Shown: piece after piece, positions 56,422 to 64,000 of the stretch
How the letters are laid out: the number at the start of each line of letters is the position of its first letter
Numbering within the stretch: position 1 is the stretch's first letter
Assembly: GCA_033763315.1 (NCBI GenBank)
Contig: JANRKS010000005.1
Span: 160,001-224,000 of the forward strand
DNA from: Deltaproteobacteria bacterium
GTDB lineage: Bacteria; Myxococcota_A; Polyangia; Fen-1088
Reading direction: 5' to 3'
DNA: 64,000 nucleotides
Notes under the pieces: model-generated
The model's input: only the letters and a program-made list of their open reading frames with translations
What the model was told of the DNA's origin: nothing
Databases searched by the model: none
Made by a program: the position numbers and the translations under genes

Positions 56422-57909
56422 ATGATGCGGGCCGTGCCACGAACAACCTCCGCATCGCTTCGCACGTTGTGGATCGTGCCATTGCTGTTGGGGCTCGCCG
56501 TGGGCTGTCACTGGTTCCGGCGGGCCACCATCCGCAGTTTTTTCAAAGATGGTGTCCCGGGCCCCGGGCCTGCGCTGCACCAGCCTCCTGCCGGAGAGCC
56601 CGGCCTTGCCCCCGTACGGCGTGTGCGCGTGGTGCTCATTGATGGCTTAGGCTTAGCGTTTGCCCCACCAACGTTGCAGCACGTGTGCGCGCAAGGCCTC
56701 GACTTGGTGGTTGACAGTGGCTTTCCCACGGTGTCGTTGCCCGTGCAGCACGTGTTGTGGACGGGTCGCACGCAAGGGCAATCTGGCGTGCTCTACCGGA
56801 TCGCCGCGTTGCCCAGTCCACCGGTCGATGCGTTGCCGTTGGCGGTGCCAGACGCGGTGGCGGTGGCAGAGTCACACAACGAGATCGTTCGCTCGTTTGG
56901 CTTTGCAAAGGTGCAGGCCCCTGTGGGCATCAAAGCCGTTTCTGAGGCGGACGAACGCTGGCGCAACGTGGGCTTCGCTGCCGCCGCACGGACGGCCATC
57001 CAAAGCGAAGCGCGTTTGGCTTTCGTTCACGTCTTGCGTGTAGACGAAGCGGGGCATGCCGAGGGCCCCGCCTCGGATCGATACGCCATGGCCGTTCGAT
57101 CAGCCGACGAGCTGTTGCACGAGCTTGTCAGCGCGGATCCTGAGCGTGAGACAACGCGCTGGTTGATCCTCTCGGATCACGGGCATCGGCGGGACGGCGG
57201 CCATGCCGACGCAGAAGGATCGATTCGGTTGGTGCGTGCGTGTCTATTCGGCGCTGGCCTCACACACTCACGGGCCGCTCGGCCTATCCACCTTGTGGAT
57301 GTGCACCGCGCGCTGGCGGATTCGTTGGGCGTCGCAACCACCTCAATGGGGCGCCCGCTGCCATTTGCGCTTACGCAACCGGATCGCAACGCCACACTTC
57401 CGTCGCCACGTTGGCCCGCGTGGGTTTGGGCTTTGGCAATGTTGGCTGGGGCGGCGTGGGCCACGTGGCGTTGCGCGCGGGATGTTCTGTTCGCCTATCC
57501 GTTTTGGTTCCCGGTTGCGTATGCGGTCGTGTGGCTCTCAAGAGGTGCAATCACCTTATCGAATCCCATCGTTTATCCACCGTTGGGTCTCACGGGGCTC
57601 ACCGCGTTTTGGCCCGCGTTGGTTCTGTTGTGTGTGCAGGCGTGGTTCGCCTTGTCACGCCTGCCGGTGGTGCGTGTGGCATTTGCATTGTTGTCGCTGC
57701 CTGCGGCCGCTTTGGCCGCGGTGGCTGTGCTGTGCAATGCCTTGCCCGTGTGGCTTGGCGTGGCCGATCCACCGCCGCTTGTGCCATGGTGGTCTGCACA
57801 CACAGCGGTGTTTGCCAGCGTGACGAGTGCAGCGTGCGTCGCCTTATCGGTGGGCGTGATTGCGCACGCCGTGTGGCCCACGCTAAGGCGCCGGCTGGGC
57901 GCCCGATAG
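56422..57909 (+). CDS. Alkaline-phosphatase-superfamily membrane protein
   Basis: VLIDGL, FPTVS, VDEAGH and SDHG motifs; C-terminal TM bundle. Confidence 0.75.
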   Translation: MMRAVPRTTSASLRTLWIVPLLLGLAVGCHWFRRATIRSFFKDGVPGPGPALHQPPAGEPGLAPVRRVRVVLIDGLGLAFAPPTLQHVCAQGLDLVVDSGFPTVSLPVQHVLWTGRTQGQSGVLYRIAALPSPPVDALPLAVPDAVAVAESHNEIVRSFGFAKVQAPVGIKAVSEADERWRNVGFAAAARTAIQSEARLAFVHVLRVDEAGHAEGPASDRYAMAVRSADELLHELVSADPERETTRWLILSDHGHRRDGGHADAEGSIRLVRACLFGAGLTHSRAARPIHLVDVHRALADSLGVATTSMGRPLPFALTQPDRNATLPSPRWPAWVWALAMLAGAAWATWRCARDVLFAYPFWFPVAYAVVWLSRGAITLSNPIVYPPLGLTGLTAFWPALVLLCVQAWFALSRLPVVRVAFALLSLPAAALAAVAVLCNALPVWLGVADPPPLVPWWSAHTAVFASVTSAACVALSVGVIAHAVWPTLRRRLGAR

Positions 57910-60069
57910 CGCGGCACGATCGCGCTTCTGGCGCCCGCGCGTGGTGCGATCCACATCCACCTGTGACAACGCCGCATACGTGGCCATCAGCGTCGCCACC
58001 CGCTCGGGCTGTTGCGCTGAAAGATCGTGTCGTTCGGCAAAGTCATGTTGCAGATCGTAAAGCTCGGCCAAGTTCTCCTTGCGCCGCACAAGAAGCTTAT
58101 GCGGCCACACAACCACGCCGAATTGATCCGATTCGTTCATCGGCAGGGGGCGCACACGGTTGGTCAACGCTTCGGGCGCGCCCGCGAGCAAAAGCGGCAA
58201 AACGCTGCGGCCATCCACCTGTTCTGCGCCATCCAAAGCTGAAAACAACTCCAGCAAGGTGGGATGCACGTCCAGCAGGGACACAGGCTGCGAGAGCTTG
58301 CGGCCCACATGCCCCGGCAAGCGCACGGCCAGCGGCACGTGGGTCAAGGCGTTGTAAAGGTATTTACCGTGGTTTTCCGGTAAACGTTTGTCTTCGCCCA
58401 GCCCTTCGCCGTGATCGCTTAACAACACCACCACTGTGTTGCTGGCCAGCGAACGTCGGGCGAGCTCCTGCAACACACGCCCCACTTCTTCATCCACAAG
58501 TTTCACCAGCCGGCGGTACTTTTCCGCGCGCCCCAAGGCCACGCTACCGCTAAGCGCCGCGCGCACACGTTTGTCTGTGGCTTGCAGCTCGTCGTGTTCG
58601 TGCACGTCGAAATAGTGCAGCCACAAGAAAAATGGCTGCGCGTTGTATCGGTTTGCATGGTGATCGAGCAGCGTCATTCCCTGGTCCGTGGTGCGCGCCG
58701 AGGTCGAATGGCTGGCCACGTCTCGCGTATACAGATCATTGACCAGCTCTTTGTATTCATCCACACCGCGGGTCAAAATCGGTTTGCCCACGTAACGCAC
58801 GACTTCGCTGGGAATCACGGCGTAGCAGCGGCGGCCTGTGCGTTTGAGCGCTTCGGCCAGCGTGGGAGCGGTGGTGGCAAAGGGATCCACCTGGCCCGTA
58901 AGAACGCCCGACATGGACAGATCCGTGCCCGCCGATGGGGCGAAGGCGCGCGTGAAGTGCTGCGATTCGTTCAGCAGACGGCACAGATTCGGATAGGCAG
59001 CGCACGTGGTGGGTGAGCCATCAACAACGTCGGCGCGCAGGGCATCAATCGATAGCAGCAGCAAGTTCATCTGCGCCGATGCCGCCAACGCTTGCTTCAC
59101 GGTTTGTGAATCGCGCCAACGTTGCGCTTCGTTGCGCTGCTGCGCGCGTTCGTTCGCCAACCGCTTGGCGGCCACGTTGTCGTCTAAGCCATCGCAGTTC
59201 TCGTCAACGCCGTTGCCGGGGATCTCCCGCGCGCCAGGGTTAATGCGCGCGTTGGCGTTGTTGCAGTCGCCGCCACCCAAAATGTTGGCATAGCCGTCGC
59301 CGTCAAAGTCGAACAAGCCTTGCGTGGCGCGCACGAGCAAACGCGTGTGTAGGCCACGCGTGGCCACGTGCCATCGTGATTGCGTTGTCTGCAAACCCGT
59401 GACAACGGCGATGATGAATGCACCCGCCACGGCCAAACTCACCACACGCGTGCGCCACAGTGAAGGCGCGGTCGCCGCTGGCCACGGGTTATGCAGCGTC
59501 TCTTCCACAAGCCGCGCGCCGAGCCCCGCGCAGACGGTGGCGACCACCAGAAGCAACGTGTGGACGTCAGGATAGCCACTGCGTTGAACTGTGCGGTTTA
59601 CAGCTTCGCAAAATATCGTTCCAACGATCAAACTCACGCCCAACGTCAGGCGTCGCGCCGGTGTGCTTGCCCATGGCCCCAAAATCCACGCCACGGACGC
59701 CAACGCCATCCACGCGAGCCCCGGAAACCATAAGGGCGCCCACGCAGCACCAGGCAACGTGCTGGCTTTTGCGCCCTCAAATAAGTGCAATCCCACGGGG
59801 ACCAAAGCGAACAAGCTGGGTGACGTGGCGAGCGTTGCACGTAACCACGGCTGCCTCGCCTTGGCCGCCATCGCCTGACCCACGGCAACGCCCACCCCCA
59901 CCAGCCATCCCAGCGCCGCGAACAGACTCAGCGTTGTGCCAATTAACGACAAGCTTGACGTCTGCAGCGTCACCAGTTCAAGGGGCAGCAAGAGGCCGGC
60001 GCCCACCCAACCGGTGGCCACATCGGCTGGGTTAAGCCAAGCTCGCCTCAACGAAGACAGCCGTACCAC
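57883..60069 (-). CDS. Membrane-bound sulfatase-like hydrolase/transferase with a MopE-like DxDGDG...ENCDG repeat
   Basis: N-terminal TM segments; DFDGDGY...GGDC...NPGAREIPGNGVDENCDG; SIDALRAD, HYFDVH, SDHGE, HG..LY and HVPL. Confidence 0.82.
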   Translation of the reverse strand: MVRLSSLRRAWLNPADVATGWVGAGLLLPLELVTLQTSSLSLIGTTLSLFAALGWLVGVGVAVGQAMAAKARQPWLRATLATSPSLFALVPVGLHLFEGAKASTLPGAAWAPLWFPGLAWMALASVAWILGPWASTPARRLTLGVSLIVGTIFCEAVNRTVQRSGYPDVHTLLLVVATVCAGLGARLVEETLHNPWPAATAPSLWRTRVVSLAVAGAFIIAVVTGLQTTQSRWHVATRGLHTRLLVRATQGLFDFDGDGYANILGGGDCNNANARINPGAREIPGNGVDENCDGLDDNVAAKRLANERAQQRNEAQRWRDSQTVKQALAASAQMNLLLLSIDALRADVVDGSPTTCAAYPNLCRLLNESQHFTRAFAPSAGTDLSMSGVLTGQVDPFATTAPTLAEALKRTGRRCYAVIPSEVVRYVGKPILTRGVDEYKELVNDLYTRDVASHSTSARTTDQGMTLLDHHANRYNAQPFFLWLHYFDVHEHDELQATDKRVRAALSGSVALGRAEKYRRLVKLVDEEVGRVLQELARRSLASNTVVVLLSDHGEGLGEDKRLPENHGKYLYNALTHVPLAVRLPGHVGRKLSQPVSLLDVHPTLLELFSALDGAEQVDGRSVLPLLLAGAPEALTNRVRPLPMNESDQFGVVVWPHKLLVRRKENLAELYDLQHDFAERHDLSAQQPERVATLMATYAALSQVDVDRTTRGRQKRDRAALSGAQPAP

Positions 60070-60289
60070 GGGGTGTTTATAGCGGGACCGCGGCGGGTTT
60101 GCCCGTCAGCGCTAACGAATGCGCAAAACACGCCGCGCGCCTGATTTGGGAAACCCGTGCGTGCGAAAAGAACACAATCGGACGAAAGCGAAAAGGCGCG
60201 CATTTCTACGGTGTTTTGCGCGAATTTTTGCCTAACATTGCGATCATTCCCTCTAGGGCTGGCTTCGCTTCGCTGCAAAGGACCGTACG

Positions 60290-61141
60290 ATGTCGACCTC
60301 ACGAACGCATCTCAAAACTATCCTGGCCGCTGCCTGTTTTGTTGGTTTCATTTCAGGGTGTGGCGCCGCCACCGGCGAGGTGGATACGGGGCAAAGCAAA
60401 GGTGGCAACGGAAGTGCCAGCGGAGGCAGTGGCGGTTTCAACGTTGATTTCGGCAACAACAACCAAGGTGGCGGCAACGTGGTGGGTGGCAACGGCTCGT
60501 CACTTGACAGCGGCGCTTGCGGGCAGATCGTCGCGACCATCCGCGACTTTGGGGACAAACACCCCGACTTCGAGAATCCCATGCTGATTCACTCCCAAGT
60601 CATCAAGGGCATGGTGAAGGCAACGTTGGACAACGACGGCAAGCCGCAATACGTGGCAACGAACCCGATCTCGGCCACGAGCGCTCAAACTTTCTCCCAG
60701 TGGTACCGCGATGTGGGCGGTGCGAACGAAAAATTCTCGGTGGTGCTGCCTCTGCAAGAGACCACACCGGGGGTGTTCGTCTACGAGAACAACCTGTTCT
60801 TTCCGATCGATGGCAAAGGGTTCGGCAACCAAGGCCGGGATCACAATTTCCACTTCACAACCGAAATCCGTGGCGGCTTTAAGTACCGTGGCGGCGAAAA
60901 GTTCACCTTCAAGGGCGATGACGACGTGTGGGTGTTCGTCAACGGCAAGCTCGCGCTTGATCTCGGCGGCATCCATGGTGCCGAGACCGCGGTGATCGAT
61001 TTTGATGCACGCGCTGGCGAGCTGGGCCTCACGGTGGGCAAGGTTTATCCGTTGGTGGTGTTCCACGCCGAGCGCCACGTCACGCAATCGAATTTCCGCA
61101 TGGAAACATCGATCGAGTGTCTGTCTGTGCCGGTGCTTTAG
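60290..61141 (+). CDS. Fibro-slime domain lipoprotein
   Basis: Lipobox FISGC; IRDF..HPDFE, FSQWYRD, NFHFTTE, GDDDVWVFVNGKLALDLGGIH and FHAERH. Confidence 0.88.
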   Translation: MSTSRTHLKTILAAACFVGFISGCGAATGEVDTGQSKGGNGSASGGSGGFNVDFGNNNQGGGNVVGGNGSSLDSGACGQIVATIRDFGDKHPDFENPMLIHSQVIKGMVKATLDNDGKPQYVATNPISATSAQTFSQWYRDVGGANEKFSVVLPLQETTPGVFVYENNLFFPIDGKGFGNQGRDHNFHFTTEIRGGFKYRGGEKFTFKGDDDVWVFVNGKLALDLGGIHGAETAVIDFDARAGELGLTVGKVYPLVVFHAERHVTQSNFRMETSIECLSVPVL

Positions 61142-61147
61142 TGCAGC

Positions 61148-61627
61148 CTAAAGCCGATCCAGCACTTCAAGGCCGGCTTGCGAAACCTTCACGTCATCTT
61201 CCGATGGTCCGCCGCTAAACGCTGCGAATACGAAACCGCGTTTGACCTTCTTGGTGACGCCGCCCTTCCAACCCGTCTCACCCACGTAAACAGGGCGGCC
61301 GGCGTGCCCGCTGTCTTTGCCGGTGTGGGCCATTTCGCTGGCCTTTGTGTACGCGATGGCAAGGAGGTTTGCGGGAGGCTCGGGTGCCTTGCCTTCTTTT
61401 GTGAACGAGCCAACCACGCGCATTTTGGAGCTCCACCCGGTGACGCTGGCCCCTTCGGCGAACGCCACAACCGCTGCGCCCTGAATGTGTAGTTCAGTGG
61501 CCCGCTTCTCCATGGCGAGCAACGCCCGAGTTGCCACGTCATCGAAGCTGGCAGGCTTGGCTGCATAAGCCGAGAAGCACGCCAGGGCTACGCCGCACAC
61601 CGCAAGGGTCAACAAAAGGCGTTTCAT
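61148..61627 (-). CDS. Exported GlcG/HbpS-like (putative heme-binding) protein
   Basis: Signal peptide; AIAYTKA, WKGG and FSGGPSEDD resemble the GlcG fold. Confidence 0.5.
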   Translation of the reverse strand: MKRLLLTLAVCGVALACFSAYAAKPASFDDVATRALLAMEKRATELHIQGAAVVAFAEGASVTGWSSKMRVVGSFTKEGKAPEPPANLLAIAYTKASEMAHTGKDSGHAGRPVYVGETGWKGGVTKKVKRGFVFAAFSGGPSEDDVKVSQAGLEVLDRL

Positions 61628-61720
61628 GGTCACACTTTGGCCAAAAACGGCTCGCTCAGCAAGCCCGGGGATCGTCCGTAATGGTGGCACCTGCTCCTGC
61701 CTGCCATGCTAGCGGCGACT

Positions 61721-64000
61721 ATGCCCTTGCGTCCCGAAATTCTAGCCCCCGCTGGCGACCGCGCGTCTTTGGAAGCTGCTGTGCGCGCGGGCGCCGATGC
61801 GGTTTATTTTGGGCTTCAATCTTTCAACGCGCGGGCCCGCGCCGAAAATTTCACCGAGCAAGATCTGCCCGAACTGATGCGCTTTCTGCACACCAATGGC
61901 ACCAAAGGCTACGTTGCGCTGAACACGTTGGCGTTCGACGCCGAACTGCCGGCCGTTGAGCAAGCCATTCGCGCGTGCGCGGCCGCGGGCGTGGACGCGG
62001 TGATTGTGCAAGATCTCGGTGTGGCGCGCCTCTGCCAGGCGGTCGCGCCGGCATTGCCTCTGCACGCCTCCACACAGATGACCTGCACAGATGCGGGCGC
62101 TGTCAATTACGCCAAGGCACTAGGTGCCAAGCGCGTTGTGTTGGCGCGCGAACTTTCCCTTGATGACATTGATGCCATCGGCAAAGCCACCGACGTGGAG
62201 CTTGAGGTGTTTGTGCACGGGGCCTTGTGTATTTCATACTCCGGGCAGTGCTTAACAAGTGAAGCCTTAGGTGGACGCAGCGCCAACCGAGGGGCGTGCG
62301 CTCAGGCGTGCCGGTTGCCTTATGAGCTTGTGGTGGATGGGCAGCTGCGGCCCTTGGCTGATGTGGCGTATCTCTTATCGCCGCAAGATCTCGAAGCCAG
62401 CGCTGTGGTACCCAAGCTTGTGGAAATGGGCGTGAGGTCCTTCAAAATTGAGGGGCGCTTAAAAGGCCCACACTATGTGGCCGCCACCACGCGGCTTTAC
62501 CGTGAGGCGATCGACGCCAGCGTTGGCCAAGGTGAAAAGCCCGCGGAGCGAACGCGGCAAGTGGCGTTGCAAACCTATACGCGTGGCTCTGATGTGGGGT
62601 TCTTCGAGGGGGTCAATCACCAACGTTTGGTGGAAGGCAAACTGTGCGAGCACCGCGGGTTGCAAGTGGGGCACGTGTTGGGTACGCAAAAACGTCGCCA
62701 GCATACGTATGTGCACACGCATGTGACGGCCGAGCTTCGGCGAGGCGATGGCCTGTTGATTGAAGGCGGCCGCGTGGGTGCTGGTGAAGTGGGCGGGCGC
62801 GTGTGGGGACTTGTTCGCAAGCACAAAGATGTGGAAGCGGCCGCGGCGGGAGAGGATGTGTTGGTGTGGTTGGGGCCTGACGTTGATGCCGCGTCGGTGC
62901 GCGCCGGCCGACGTGTGTTTCGCACGGATGATCCAGGCGCGAAGAAGGCCATTGAAGCGCAGCTTGCCCATGCACACACGCGCGCCATCGACATCGACGT
63001 GGTGGGCGAGCTTGGGCAGGCCTTCGTGTTTACCGCCACGAACAGCAAAGGCGTGCGCGTGGTGGTCAACGGCGACACCCCCTTGCAAGTGGCCAAGCAG
63101 CGTCCATTGACGGTGGCGGCGCTGCGCGATCAGTTGGGGCGTTTGGGCGGCACGCCTTACCACCTCGGTGAACTGCGGGTGCAGATGCCCACAGACGCGC
63201 TGGTGCCCATCTCGTCGCTTAACCGCGCGCGGCGCGCGTTGGTGGAGGCGTTGACTGTCGCCTCGGAGCAAGCCTGGCCCACAACTTCCGTCACGTGCCG
63301 CTCGCTGCTGGAGCAGATGCCGCTGGCTGTGACTCGCACGGCACCCGCAGGGATCTATTTTCTGTGCCGCTCACTCGCCCAAGCGCGTGCCGCTTTGGCT
63401 GCCGGCGCCGATGGCGTGTATCTCGATTTTCTTGAATTGACGGGCACCGGCGAAGCGTTGCGTGCACTCAAGGGTGAAGGTGCGGCCTTTGTGGGCGTGG
63501 CACCGCCGCGCATTCGCAAACCTGGCGAAGACAAGATCGATCGATTCTTGTTGGGCCTCGCACCCGACGCTGTGTTGGTGCGTGGCTTGGGCGCGCTTGC
63601 AGAATTGCGGCCGCAAAGCACGGGCCCGCTGTTCATCGGTGACTTCTCGTTGAACGTGGCCAACCACATGAGTGCAAAGACGGTGCTGTCAGCCGGGCTC
63701 TCTGCGTTCACGCCGTCATTCGATCTCGATGCAAAGCAGTTGCAGGCGTTGCTGGATCCCAGCCTAGCGGCGCACGCGGAGGTGGTGATCCACAACCCCA
63801 TGCCGCTGTTCCACATGGAGCATTGTGTGATCGCCGCTTTGCTGTCGAAAGGCCGCGACCACCGCACGTGTGGCCGCCCATGCGAAACGCACAAAGTGTC
63901 GCTGCGTGACCGAGCGGGCATGGAACACCCGGTGGAGGCCGACGTGGGTTGTCGCAACACGGTTTTTCATGCTGCGGCTCAGAGCGCAGCGGCGTGGGCC
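61721..64000 (+). CDS. U32 peptidase family protein (RlhA-like RNA hydroxylase architecture); 3'-partial, absent from the ORF track
   Basis: MPLRPEILAPAG, GADAVYFG, HASTQM, LAREL, HGALCISYSGQC...SANRGACAQACRLPY, KIEGR; frame runs off the window end. Confidence 0.88.
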   Translation, partial: MPLRPEILAPAGDRASLEAAVRAGADAVYFGLQSFNARARAENFTEQDLPELMRFLHTNGTKGYVALNTLAFDAELPAVEQAIRACAAAGVDAVIVQDLGVARLCQAVAPALPLHASTQMTCTDAGAVNYAKALGAKRVVLARELSLDDIDAIGKATDVELEVFVHGALCISYSGQCLTSEALGGRSANRGACAQACRLPYELVVDGQLRPLADVAYLLSPQDLEASAVVPKLVEMGVRSFKIEGRLKGPHYVAATTRLYREAIDASVGQGEKPAERTRQVALQTYTRGSDVGFFEGVNHQRLVEGKLCEHRGLQVGHVLGTQKRRQHTYVHTHVTAELRRGDGLLIEGGRVGAGEVGGRVWGLVRKHKDVEAAAAGEDVLVWLGPDVDAASVRAGRRVFRTDDPGAKKAIEAQLAHAHTRAIDIDVVGELGQAFVFTATNSKGVRVVVNGDTPLQVAKQRPLTVAALRDQLGRLGGTPYHLGELRVQMPTDALVPISSLNRARRALVEALTVASEQAWPTTSVTCRSLLEQMPLAVTRTAPAGIYFLCRSLAQARAALAAGADGVYLDFLELTGTGEALRALKGEGAAFVGVAPPRIRKPGEDKIDRFLLGLAPDAVLVRGLGALAELRPQSTGPLFIGDFSLNVANHMSAKTVLSAGLSAFTPSFDLDAKQLQALLDPSLAAHAEVVIHNPMPLFHMEHCVIAALLSKGRDHRTCGRPCETHKVSLRDRAGMEHPVEADVGCRNTVFHAAAQSAAAWA

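Noticed and set aside
60100-60285. GCG(C/A)AAA-rich intergenic region upstream of the fibro-slime gene as an activator/sigma54 promoter
   Set aside because: Suggestive repeats, but no clean GCGCA-N5-TGCGC pair or correctly spaced -24/-12 element was found.
60400-60500. GGTGGCAAC/GGCGGC repeats
   Set aside because: They encode an ordinary Gly/Ser/Asn linker of the lipoprotein.
1-64000. tRNA, rRNA, prophage or recognised anti-phage defence operon
   Set aside because: No cloverleaf/rRNA signatures, phage structural genes, integrase or canonical defence genes were recognised by eye; intergenic gaps are short.

Overview
High-GC bacterial chromosomal window, most likely Myxococcota (inferred from myxobacterial-type gene families). 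It is densely protein-coding, with no rRNA, tRNA, CRISPR array or prophage seen. Main blocks: (i) a partial glycosyltransferase-TPR gene and an ECF sigma/anti-sigma pair; (ii) a ~16 kb aryl-polyene-type type II PKS cluster (2.9-19.3 kb) with a flavin-dependent halogenase-like gene and an MIO ammonia-lyase; (iii) mixed housekeeping and envelope genes (DUF3015/DUF4105, Rieske plus cytochrome b-diheme c fusion, RpoH-like sigma, HupE/UreJ, PVC-type heme protein, hisC, larA, cysH); (iv) a ~16 kb oxygen-sensing/hypoxia locus (35.4-51.3 kb) resembling Myxococcus NmpRSTU, with readable sigma54 promoters and paired GCGCA-N5-TGCGC sites; (v) signalling, MFS, sulfatase-like, fibro-slime genes and a partial U32 gene. 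The most striking unexplained signal lies inside block iv. A RAYT-like HUH tyrosine transposase gene (38946-39857) sits in a ~10 kb zone with 19 hand-counted copies of CCCAGGTT (consensus TCCCAGGTTGC). Fifteen copies are embedded in intact host genes, in five of six reading frames, and the zone also shows degraded codon usage. All counts were made by eye and all family calls are from motif recognition, not database searches.
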